The position numbers and the translations under genes were made by a program. The notes beneath the pieces were generated by a model. It did not search any database. It was not told the origin of the DNA and saw only the letters and a list, made by a program, of their open reading frames with translations. From Camelus ferus (lineage: Eukaryota), in contig NC_045697.1 of NCBI RefSeq assembly GCF_009834535.1, positions 81,966,001-82,030,000 on the forward strand: a stretch of DNA of 64,000 bases, read 5' to 3'. This document shows, piece by piece, positions 13,802 to 25,104 of the stretch. The stretch's first letter is position 1; each line of letters opens with the position of its first letter.

Positions 13802-14254
13802 TGTCAACTGAAATAAATGCGCAGCCTTGAAGTTGAGAGTTACATTTCATTTGGCGGGAAGACTCGAGCCAGGATGACAGTCTCTCAGCTCACTCTGTGG
13901 GACTGCTCCAAAAAGGTAGGGGAGGAGCTAGGATATATAGGAGCTTTACAGCAAAGACCAGGTAGTTGGAACAATAGATTACTTGTTATTGAAAAGAAAC
14001 CAGACATCTCAAGTTAAAGAATTTAGTGCTTTTCTATGTATGGGAGGAAGCAAACATTTAGGCTCATTGAATTCATTCCTTTGACAAGCATCTAGCTATC
14101 TGGGGCTGGTATCTTTTCCTTTCTTATTCTGAGTCCCCTCAGGGTGCCCCATTGTGAGTGGCTACAGAGGCTGGGCTGCAGGCTTATCTTTACTGGGCAG
14201 CTGCTGATGACTTGATGGTTTCAGCATTCTTTGTTTACTGATACGGTTTGCACA
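13802..14254 (-). mobile_element. ERV1 solo LTR, MER41-like
   Basis: TG...CA termini, 4-bp TSD gaga/gagg, antisense TATA 'ggatatatag', resemblance to MER41-type LTRs ('aagttgagagttac', 'cagacatctcaagttaa'). Confidence 0.75.
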
Positions 14255-14698
14255 GAGGGGAGAAACATTCTATAACCTTATGATTAAACTTCAGGAGTTT
14301 TTTCCAGTGAGCTTGAGTTCTTGGGCTGATACTCAAAAATGTTTCTTGGCCTTTTTTTACCCCCTCAGCATGACTGGAAGGCTAGAGGGAGTTGGAGTTG
14401 CCCATTGGCCCTTTTGCAAGGTTAGATAAGTCTCAGGTAAAGTAGATTTCCCTTGAGGGCAGGCCTTTGTTATGGAGAATGTTACGAGCATATTTTAAAA
14501 TGGTTACTTTCCTGCCCTTTCTCCTTGAAACACACAGGAATTTTTCTCCATTCTCAACCAGGAGAACCTTGCAAGGCTCCTGGGAATAAAACTCATGAAA
14601 GTGTTGGGGCTCCCTAATGCTTGCCCCAGAAATTTTTAATTCTCAAGGTAGTCCTCAGCCTGCAGCACACTTAGCCTCCGGCAGTCTGCCAATAGTTT

Positions 14699-15346
14699 TG
14701 ATACAGGAAAAACATATGTGGGGCGTGAGAAGGGCTGTGTCCCAGGCTTTGACTGAGCCCTGGGACATGCCCCACCAAGTGTGGGTCCTTGGCTTCGCGC
14801 AGGAAAGAATTCAAGAGCGAGCCACAGTTGAGTAAAGGTAGATTTATTCAGATAGATACATTGAAAGGCAAGAGAAAGGACACGAGGTGTAGGGGGTTGG
14901 GTGCTCAGATTAAAAGTAGGTACACACTCCATAGACAAAGTGTGGGCTGTCTCCAAACGGGAGGGGAGTGGCAAGGGGTGGGGAGAGAGAGGCGGTGGCA
15001 TGAGATACCATGTTGCATGTTTTTATGGGCTCAGTGGCTTCATATACTAGTAAATGGAAGGACCAGTCTAACTAGTTTGGGGAAGGGGCTGGGATTCCCA
15101 GGAAGTTGGCCATTTCCCACTCTTTGACCTTTTGTGGCTAGCCTTGGGACTGCCATGGTGCCTGTAGGCATGTTATTCATCATGCTAACATATTACAATG
15201 GCGTATAATGAAGCTCAAGATCTGCTAGAAGTTAAATCTCCCACCATCTTGAGCCTCAAGGCCTACTGGGGGTTGAATCTTTCACCATTTTGATGTTAAT
15301 TGCTGTAGCATTCCTTGAATGGCTGTGCCCTGCCCCCTTCCTGTCT
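14699..15346 (-). mobile_element. ERV1-type solo LTR (lineage-specific)
   Basis: Starts TG, TSD gttt at 14695-14698 and 15347-15350, antisense polyA signal 'tttatt', retained CpGs. Confidence 0.8.
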
Positions 15347-16672
15347 GTTTTGACTGTCTCTCTCAATTACTGATTCTAATGGCTTCTCTTCTAGATAAGC
15401 TGATATTTTCTGTGATTCTCAGTATTTGCCTTTCTTTCCATTCTTCAGAGCAGTGGTTTGCCCTGTGACTTCAATTATCTGATAAATCTAGGAGAAGTTA
15501 ATGATTTTTAGTTTGATCAGCCTCCTTTTTCTTTCTTTTTTTTTTTTAATTATGAGGATAAGAGTAATGACTTCTAAGCGCTTTACATGTCAGAACAAAA
15601 ACTGGACCAAAAGTTGTTTTAAAGACTGTTTTTCTTTTTACTTATAGAAGTTAAGCAACATGATAAAATGTTTGATAGACATTTAACTTTCTAACTTTTA
15701 CTTTCTTTGCTCTAAAGTTCACCCACAAAGCACCTTGCTCATTTATTTATATGATGTATTAAATTTATACATGTGCTATCAAATAAAATTGACGTATAGT
15801 TGTAATATTTATTAAATTGTGTCTTAAGTTATTGCTACTATTTTTCATGGTGTTCTCTTTTTTATTATTATTTATATTAATACAAAGTTCCTGAGTGTTG
15901 ATTTTATGTTAAATGTATTGTTTGTGAGCAAATAGAAATTCAGAGTATGGATTATATGTATATATCCGTTCTATTATGTCAGACTGTCTTGAGAGGATTT
16001 GTATTAGTTCTCTTTGGAAATATATTTAAAAAATACCTTGATATATGCTTAGTCTTAGATCATCTCTGGTAAATCATTAGTCAAGTAATTTTATGCACTT
16101 CAATATAATCGATAATCATCATGAATTTACAAAAAAAACCAATACTTTTGACTAAATCAACTTTACTCTGTTTTTCAAGAACTATAATCCATAAGGGAGA
16201 ATCAAATATTTGTCATTTTAAGTACACTCCAAGTCAACATAAAGTTATATTTTTTACAGTGTCTGGCTGTATGCATACTAATAGAAGCACTTAATACACT
16301 ATGCTTCGGAGACACTGCTTTCATGTCTACTTTCTTGTTTGTTATTTTTCTGTGGATACTAATCAATTTTAAATCTTGAGCTGAGGGACTCTGACCTATT
16401 ATACAGGAGAGTTTTGACAAATAGGTACATTAAAGTGAAATAGTTCAAAACTGCCAGTTATTTATAAACAACTCTATAGCTTCTGGAATATGGCAGAATG
16501 CTATCATTCTAAAAGCTAGCACCATTAATTTAATAGAAAATACCATTTTATTTCAATGACAACAGATTAGTTATATTCTTCGACCTTGAAGATTATGGGA
16601 AATTGTTCCTATCTTCAGCAAGGTGAAAAAACAAGAAACAGTATATTAAAAGTACATATACTCTCATTACAC

Positions 16673-17303
16673 TGTTAGTCCCTTCTTCAAACTGCAGTTA
16701 AGCTCTGCGGGAGAACAGGTTCTTGCCTCGTGCAGGAAAGTATTCAAGAGCAAGGCATGGTAAAGTGTAAGTTTATTTAGAGAGATACACACTCCATAGA
16801 TCGACTGCAGGCTGTCTCATTCAGAAGGGAAACAGCTTAGGAGATACACACTCCATAGGCAGAATGTGGGCCATCTCAGAAAGGTGAGAAGCAGAGAAGC
16901 TGAGAGGTGTGAGGTGTTTAAAGTAGATACCCACTCCACAGACAGAATGCAGGCCCTCTCAGAAGGAGAGAGAGGGAGAGGGAGAGGGCAACAGAGCAAG
17001 AGTTACCACAAGGTGCAGAGTTGTTAGGTTTTATAGGCTTGGTAATTTCATATGCTAATGAATAAGAGGATTATTCCAACTACTTTGAGGAAGGGGCAAG
17101 GATTTCCAGGAAACCACCCCCACCCACTTTTTGACCTTTTATGGCCAGCCTGGGAACTGTCATGGCACCTGTGGGTTTGCCATGAGGCTCAAGGTCTACT
17201 GGAAGTTGAATTTTCCACCATCTTGGTTCTAACCAGTTTGTCCTGTCCTCAATGGCTGTCATTCCTTCAGTGGTTGTGCCCTGCCCCCTTTACTCCCACT
17301 TCA
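16673..17303 (-). mobile_element. ERV1-type solo LTR related to 14699-15346
   Basis: TG...CA termini; shares 'gcaggaaag(a/t)attcaagagc', 'tttgacctttt', 'tgtgccctgccccctt' with the upstream LTR; three internal repeats. Confidence 0.8.
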
Positions 17304-17499
17304 CTAGTACTACAACAATATCATTCTTTGTCCTTTGTTCTAATCTTGATGTCCCCAATGCAAATGACTCTTCCCCAAACTGCCAAATTTTACCACAATC
17401 GGTTAGCAGTAATGTGGCCTAGATGTTGTCTAACTCTTAAACTTTATTGTTCCTTGTTATTAATTCATATGGTGCATTTTCATATATTTAAAAAAATGT

Positions 17500-17634
17500 C
17501 CAGCTTTACTGAAGTATAATTTAGAAATAAAATTGTATGCATTCAAGGTGTATGTCATGATGTTTTGGTATATGTATATGTTATGAAATAACCATGTCAA
17601 GTTGATTAACATACTAATCACCTCACATAGTTAC

Positions 17635-17665
<31 letters not shown>

Positions 17666-18385
17666 GTGAGAACACTTAATATTTACTCTTTTAGCAAATT
17701 TCAAGTATCTGATACATTGTTATTAAGTATAATTACCATGCTGTACATTAGATTCCTAGACCAGTGTTTCTGGAAAAAATAATCTTATTCATCTTCTAAC
17801 TGAAAGTTTGTATCCTTTGACCAATGTCTCCCCATTTCCCCCACCTCTTAGCCCCTAGCAAACAGTGTTCTCCTTTTTTCTTCTTTCAGTTCAACTCTTT
17901 TACAGTCTACCTATGAGTGATATCATACAGTATTTTTATTTCTGTCTATATCATTTCACTTAGCATAATATACTCCAGGTTCAATTGTTCAACCGTTGCA
18001 AATGACAAGATTTCCTTCTTTTTTAGGGATGAATAATATTTCATTATGTATATAGAATATTATATACTAATATTCTAATAGTATTATATACTAATATGAA
18101 ATACTATATGATATTCAATATACATGTACATGTGTGTGTGTGTGTGTATATATATATGTATGACATTTTCTTTATCCATTAATCTGTTGATTGACACATA
18201 TGTTTACATATCTTGGCAATGGTGAATAATGTTGCAGTAAACACAGGAGTAAAGATATCTCTTTGAGATGCTGATTTTATTTCATTTGAATTTACACCCA
18301 TAAGTAGGATTGCTGGATCATATGAAAGTTTTTTGTTTTTGTTTTTGTTTTTATTTTTAAAGGAGTCTCCATACTGTTTTTCATT
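17500..18385 (-). mobile_element. LINE-1 3' end (L1MA-type)
   Basis: ORF 18179-18469 has 'YDPAILLMGV...FTATLFTIAK'; L1MA-like 3'UTR containing (TG)13 at 17640-17665. Confidence 0.9.
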
Positions 18386-18489
18386 GTGAATGAGAACAGA
18401 TTCATTTCTAGCCTTGCCATGTTCTGGTCCTTCAGTCCGAAATATCCCAGTACTGGCTGTTTTGCTCACTTCTGCACAGCTATATCAGT

Positions 18490-18900
18490 TAGCTATTACT
18501 GTTTAATAAATGGCCCAAAACATAATTGTTTAAATACAAGGATTGTTTTGGTCTACTACAGTCCTGTGGGACCCATGAATTTGGCTCACTGGGAATTAGA
18601 GCCAGGCAATTTAGAGACATTCCCTGGGCAGGGAGGCAGCAATGAATGTGAGGCCCCAGTCTTGTGCACAAGCCCCTTTCCAGGAGATATGGCCATACCT
18701 AGAGAGGCAGAGGGAGAAACCAAAGACTACAGCAATAGGATCCTGCCCCTCAGGCCACAGCTATAAAGATAAGCTAAAGGCCTCTTTTAGGGAAAGACTG
18801 GACCAGTTTCAGCCTGCTGCTTCTGTGCTAGAAGCCTGGGGGTTAGCCATACTGAGTCTGTGCAAGCCCTTCAATAACTTAGATTAGAGCAGAATAAAAT
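18490..18900 (-). mobile_element. LINE-1 5' region (L1M2/L1M3-like)
   Basis: GC-richer tract 'gtgcacaagcccctttccaggagat...gctgcttctgtgct' resembling old L1 5'UTR modules. Confidence 0.55.
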
Positions 18901-19829
18901 CATCTGCTTTTCCCACTGAAACAAGCAAAAGGGAAGAAGGTGTAACTACATTTTCTCTTTTCCTCTGCTCTCCTTGAGGGTGAATATTCTGAGATCAGTG
19001 ACTGTGTATCAGTCCTTTCTATATTTTTAAATATTTCAAATGTTTAGGCCAAATAAGTAAAAAGAGCAACAACAAAAACAAAATATATCCCTTGTGGTCA
19101 CCAATGTTAGATGTGTTTAGTTACTACAGTAATATCAGACAAAATGACAAGTGTATTCTACAGAATAAAAATTGCATCCTAGTGGTTTTAAAAATGCATA
19201 TTTAATTTGCAGTGGTAGACTTACTGGAAACAGTAAGCCCAGTTTTCTGTGAAAATAAAACATTCAGTAGGAAAAGTTTATTAAAACATTCAGTTGACAG
19301 ATTACTTCTATAACTTTTGTTCTTATTTGTGAGAAACATTTATATGGTTATGTTTCTAAAATCTGTAAACCGATATTTTCACACCCAATTAAAATGAGCA
19401 AGACAGATTGTTTTTTGTACACAATAGCATTTTTATGTACTCTTATTTCTTCATAGACTACTTAGCTGTAAATAATCCATGCAAATAGCAATTAGACCTT
19501 TCCTGGTTTATGCCTAAAAGCATAATTGTTATTCAAGGAACACAGAAATATTTTTCAAGTAATTTTCTGTATAAAATATGCATATTTAAACCCATATGTT
19601 TGAAAGGCTCAGTAAATGATATTTTGAAATGAGCTATAAGAGAATTCAGAGAGGTGAATTTCTAGATGTGCCTTTCTTGTGCAGAATCAGGTTAGTAACC
19701 TCCACATACTGTAGCAAACAAGACAAAAACCTGTTGAATTTTCTTTTATTATCTTGAAGAATTCTATTATGAAATACATAAAATTTTTCTTCTTAGTTAG
19801 AGATAAGAGGGGGAAAAAGATGTTTCCCT

Positions 19830-20290
19830 TAACCACGGTGCAATTATGGAAATTAGGAAGTTAGCATTGATACTGTACTAGTATCTCATTTGATGACCCT
19901 ATTAAAATTTTACCCATTGTCCCACTGATGTCACTTGTAGAAAAAACAATCTGGTCCTGCATCCAATCCAGAATTTTACCTTTCATTTAATTATGTTTCT
20001 TTAATATCCCTTAGTATGTACTGATAGTTCTTCTGTCTTTTCTTGTCTTCATTATCATTTATATTTTGTGGGATGTCCCTCAATTTATACTTGTCTCATG
20101 TTTCACCATGATTAGATTCAGGCATTTTTGACAGGAATACCAAGATTTAATGTTTTATCCTTTTCCAAGAATAATCACAGGAAGAACATAATTTTAATAT
20201 ATATCCTACTACCAGGGATAACTTAGTTTAGATGTTGTCTTTCTAACCTCTGTTCTGTAATGTTTTTATCTTTCTATTTCTAATTAATTA
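19830..20290 (-). mobile_element. Ancient LINE-1 3'UTR fragment (L1MC/L1ME-like)
   Basis: 'ggaagttagcattgatactgtacta', 'atgattagattcaggcatttttgacaggaatac'. Confidence 0.6.
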
Positions 20291-20677
20291 AGTCTTTTAG
20301 TTAAGTGCTGTCCTCAAAGTATAACCAAGATCCATGCTTTATTTGGCCTTGTTAGGGAGCATCAACAAAAATGTTTTGGAAGATATTATGTCCACTGTAC
20401 AATTAACCACAAAGACATTGACTTACATTGAATAGACTGAGGTTAAGAGTTATGCAGCAAGTGATTTTCCATAACAGGAGTACAGGCAGAATTTAATGAC
20501 AGATGCAGGTGAGTTGGAATATTTTCTGAAAGAAAATGAGTTTCTTTTCTTCTGTTATTCTCTATATTTTCTGTAAAATAGATGGCAGTATATTTGCTTG
20601 ATAAAAGATGGGAGGAGATGGTAGAGATTTGATAAGAGAAAATGGTTATCCTGCATATTTTTGAGAGATTGTTGATC

Positions 20678-20897
20678 TGTAGTTGACCTTGAACCACACT
20701 GTGTTTGAACTGGGGAGGGTCTACTCATACGTGGATTTTTCAATAGTAAATGCGGTACTATATGAACTGTGGTTAGTTGAAACCACGAATGTGGAATCTG
20801 AGATATGCAGAGCCCACTATGGGACTTGGGTACTCTCAGAGATTATATCTCTGGTGGGTCCTAGAACCAATCCCCTATGGATACTAAGGAATTACTA
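20678..20897. mobile_element. TcMar-Tigger non-autonomous element (MER8/MER2-like)
   Basis: Terminal motifs 'tagttgaccttgaaccacac..tttgaactg' and 'gtcctagaaccaatcccctatggatactaagg'. Confidence 0.8.
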
Positions 20898-21182
20898 ATT
20901 TCAACCAGAAATAGAAATTTGACAACCACAAATATAAAAAAAGGCATAGGGGAGCAAGAAAGTAATTGACCAACCACTGTCTCTATGCATGTGAAGAGAA
21001 AGGGAGGAAAATATACGTATAGTGAAGTTTAAAAGGTGGTAGTGTCAATAAATTTGGTGAAAGTAGTGATGGAATGATATCTGGTATGAGAATACTGGAA
21101 TAAGTAATTTTGATTAATAAAAGAAGGTTGTCAGTAGTTAAAAGTTTAAAGTAATGAACTTGGATGTGATACAGTTATTGAC

Positions 21183-21270
21183 TATATATATATATATATA
21201 TACATATATATATAGACATGTATATACTTATAAATACTCATATATACATGTATACACACATGCACACAAA
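21183..21270. repeat. (TA)n microsatellite grading into TA/CA low complexity
   Basis: Read directly from sequence. Confidence 0.9.
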
Positions 21271-21464
21271 CACTAGTGTGTGTCAGTAAGACAGTTCAAA
21301 TAAATGATACAGGATGTGAATGGTCTAATGACATTTCGATTTTTATTGAAGAAGAAGTAGTAGATAAATATCCTGGCAGTATCTGTGAGGAGAAAAAAGA
21401 AATAAGGAGGAAACGAACCTCACCAACACACCTGCAGACCTTATGATCAGTGGGATGAAGGAGT

Positions 21465-22010
21465 TTAATGTAATCCTGCTTGTTTGTTTGTGCTTTTGTT
21501 GCCCTTGCTTTGGGTGTCAAAACCAAAAAAGTAATTACCAAGACTAATGTCAAGGAGCTTATCCTCTATGTTGATTTTTATAGGATTTTTATTGTTTCCA
21601 GTCTTCTGTTCAAGTCTTTATTCTATTCAGAGTTGATTTTTGTGATTGGTGTAAGATAGGAGTTCAGTTTCATTTGTTTTGCATGTGGCTGTGGTCCCAA
21701 CACCATTTATTGAAGAGACTATTCTTTCTCCCATTGTATAGTCTTAGCTCCTTTGTTATAAATTAAACAAGAGTTTACTTCTGGACTAATTAACTATTCT
21801 GCTCCTTTGATTTATGTGTCTGTTTTTATGCCAATACTATACTGTTTTGATTACTATAGCTTTGCAATAGAGTTTGAACTAAGGAAGTGTGATGCTTTCA
21901 GCTATGTTCTTCTTTCTCAAGATTGCTTTGGCTATTTGCGGTCTTTTCTGGTTCTATATTAATTTTAGGATTTTTTTTTTCTATTTCTTTGAAATAGACC
22001 ATTGGAGTTT
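21465..22010 (-). mobile_element. LINE-1 ORF2 fragment
   Basis: 'ccaatactatactgttttgattactatagctttg', 'ttctttctcaagattgctttggctatt'; ORF 21296-21553 begins with 'TPKARATKA'. Confidence 0.9.
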
Positions 22011-22014
22011 TCCT

Positions 22015-22415
22015 TAGTCTTCTATGAGGCCAGTATCACTGTAATGCCAAAGCCAGATTAAGACATTATAAGAAAGGAAAACTACTGACCAATATCTCTT
22101 GTGAACTGTAGATACAAATATCTTCAACAAAATGTTAACAAATCAAATCCATTGGTGTATAAAGAGGTTACATACTAAGGCCCATTGAGATATATTCCAG
22201 TTATGCAAGAACTGTTTAACATCTGAAAATCAGTTAATGTAATCTGTCATATTACAGACTAAAGAACAAAAATTATATGATCCTACCAGCAGGTAAGAAA
22301 AGCATCTCATACGTTCATGATACATGTTCTCAACAAATTAGGACCAGAAGGGAACTTCCCCAACTTGATAAAGAAAATCTACAAAGAAACTTCTAGCTAA
22401 CATCATATTCCATGG
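22015..22415 (+). mobile_element. LINE-1 ORF2 RT-domain fragment
   Basis: 'ttctatgaggccagtatcactgtaatgccaaagccaga' (FYEASIT..PKP) and 'aactactgaccaatatctctt' (NYRPISL). Confidence 0.9.
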
Positions 22416-24499
22416 CAACCCTAACTCTAACCCTAATTAACAGGGATACTAAAATTTGTAAGAAGTTCTATTTTCTTTATGAGTCTATATCTGAATTCTT
22501 AATATAGTAAAATAAAAAAACATTTAAACAAATTTCAGATGATATATTGTAATGCATTGTCTACTTAAATGTCTAATAATGTAATTTGACTATATTTGAA
22601 TTACAGAGAATATTTGTCCTCTTACTCTTCGGATTTTAACTTTTTTCCACTCTCCACCCATACTTATTGTTGTTTCTTTACCAGTCCCCCTACAGAAACA
22701 AATTAATTTCATTATGGCTCAAGATACGAATTTGCCTTAATATTCATTACCAGAAGAGGATTCCTACATCTGGTAGCTGCTAATTCAACTCCTAAGTGAC
22801 CTGTGATTTCCAATGATCCAAGGAAAACATCCCTGCATGATAAGGGTTGCTCTTATTGATGAGCATAAAATCTTATGTCTTAGTAAAATTAGATCTCTGT
22901 TAGATTTTCAAGCTCATCATGTAGCTATGTTTAGAGTATTGAAAGATTAAAATTTATTGCCATGAATTTTACAGAAATGAATTTGGGGGAACTATCTGAT
23001 AACCTAAGAATGCCACTGTTACAAAGCTCTTGATTGTTATCTGATTAAAAGTTAATTAAAACATTCAGTTAGCATATTTGTCTTTCTTTGATGTTCTTGT
23101 AATCGTATTATTGGTATATGAACAGAATCTGTGCAAAAGCAAAGGCAGGCAAAAGTTAGGAGATTTAGAAAACAGTTTAAGCAACATGAATTAGAACTTT
23201 TTGTAATTTCCTGTGCTATGCCAAATTTTTAATAATTCTCACAAAAAATTAATTTGGAATTTTCTAAGAAATTTGAGTATATTTACTTCTTTGATGAAGC
23301 ATATGAATGTAAAACTGAACACAAAGAGTGGACTTTGCTATACTTTTGACTTCAAGCAGCCAATTACATAATCTTGAAAAGCTGCTAAAGAAAACACCAG
23401 AAAAAAGAAAAATAACCCTAGACTAATGAGAAACAGAGAAAAGTGGGTAAATAACTCTTGTAACCTTCCATTTATCGCCACTACGTCTGATTCAAGCACC
23501 ATATTAAATGCATTTGTCTGTTGCCTTAGTAATTATTATTTAAGGAAGATTAACATAGAAAGAAGAATTGAAACAAAACCAAAGCACATGATAATATTCA
23601 ACCTAAAAGAAAACACTAGTGCATACCAAAACAAAAATTCTCAATATATTATTTAAGTGAATTTAATTCAGGGAGTTGTAAAAATTGTACAAATCAGCAT
23701 TTGTCAAAAGTATTAAGCACAATGTATTGTGTTCCCCCTTTAGAATAAGCACAAAATATGTGCATCTTTTAAATGTTTACTGTATGAAATGTTATCATCT
23801 ACTCAAGATTTTTCCTATCCATAAAGCATAATATTTAGATAAATAATCATGCTTATGCACTGATTCTGTATTTCAATGCTGCGTCAAATAGAAATTACTT
23901 TTTCCAAGTTAACTGTTAGGAACATACACTAGCAAAGCAAAATTAGTACTGAGTAAGATTTTACATTTTGTGCAAAAAGAACATTTAGAGAATCATCCCT
24001 TGAAGTCATTTTAAAAATCCCCTTATATGATTTTGCCTTTGGGAAGACATGACATGGAATGTATCTTCCCAGCAAAAAATACAGATATTAACATGTTGTT
24101 TTAGGCAGATGTTGTCACAAATATACAGGAAGATTGAGGATATGCTCTGGCCAAGCAGCAGAAATTACTCTCACAAATGAGTAAGCATTCATATAGAACA
24201 CAATTGTCACCAGCCTTGTATTTCTGTGTAACAGATAATGCAAAACCATCTGTCCAGTGCAGCAATTTGCAAGAGGACAACCCAATATACTATTTGATTT
24301 CACTGTATTTAAAAATGAAATAACAAACAGTATTTCTTAACACAGTTCATTTTTTCTTTAATGTTTGATATGAAGGGCTCTCCAAAATCCTTGACACAAT
24401 CAGTTATGGAAAAATACATTTGTGATTCAAGATGAAAAACAAAATGTCTAGTTTTGACCCAAATGAAAACAAGATTTGTTTTGATTAAACTATTTTATA

Positions 24500-25020
24500 C
24501 TTTTTAAAAAAATTAACAAACTTTACTTTTCAGAGCAGTTTTAGGTTTATAGAAAAACTGAGCAACAAGATCAGGGAGTTTCCATATACTCTCTCTTCCT
24601 CTGCTCTTAGTTTTCCTATTATTAATATTTTGCATTGATATCGTACAATTGTTACAATTGAGCCGATATTAATACATTGTTATTAACTAACTTATTAACT
24701 ACCTTATGTTTCACTCCTTGTGTTGTACGCATCTATGGGCTTTGTCAAATGTATAATGACATTGCTGTCACTGCTCTGAAAATCCCCTCCACTCCACCTG
24801 TTCATCACCCCCTTCTTGCCCCCTCAACCTCTAGCAACTATTGATATTTTTACTCTTCAATAGTTTTGCCTTTTTAAGAATGTTATAAAGTATGTAGCCT
24901 CAGAATCATACAGTATGTGGCCCTCTCAGATTGGCTTCTTTCACTTAGCAATACACATTTAAGATTTTTCCATGAATTTTTCATGGCTCGATAACTCATG
25001 TCTTTTTAATCACTGAATTG
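24500..25020 (-). mobile_element. Ancient LINE-1 3'UTR (L1MC/L1MD-like)
   Basis: 'ctttacttttcagagcagttttaggtttatagaaaaactgagc' 3' end signature. Confidence 0.85.
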
Positions 25021-25104
25021 TGACATATTTATATAGCCATGAAGCCACAGCCACCATCATAAGTAGCATAACCATCACTTTCAAAAGTTTCCTTATTTCA
25101 TTTT

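Larger units (their letters stand above)
8965..15606 (-). mobile_element. Ancient LINE-1 (L1MC/L1MD-like), near full span with internal deletions, interrupted by two LTRs
   Basis: L1MD-type 3'UTR at ~8965-9500, decayed ORF2 to ~12060, ORF1-like tract ~12900-13400, and 5' end motif 'gacttctaagcgctttacatgtcagaac' at ~15570. Confidence 0.8.
20440..21460 (-). mobile_element. LINE-2 fragments, interrupted by a Tigger MITE and a TA repeat
   Basis: Purine-rich decayed L2-like 'cagatgcaggtgag...ttttctgtaaaatagatggcag...gatgggaggag'. Confidence 0.55.

Noticed and set aside
16780..16965. Spaced direct repeats resembling a CRISPR array
   Set aside because: Degenerate units inside a eukaryotic LTR; no cas genes
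17052..17519. 155-aa ORF
   Set aside because: Runs across an LTR, unique flank and an L1 tail; no protein-like signal
17758..17785. Short insert 'ccagtgtttctggaaaaaataat' in an L1, resembling a hAT terminus
   Set aside because: Too short; no second TIR or TSD
24115..24303. 62-aa ORF behind a minus-strand acceptor
   Set aside because: No homology recognised and no donor found; retained only as a weak lncRNA hint
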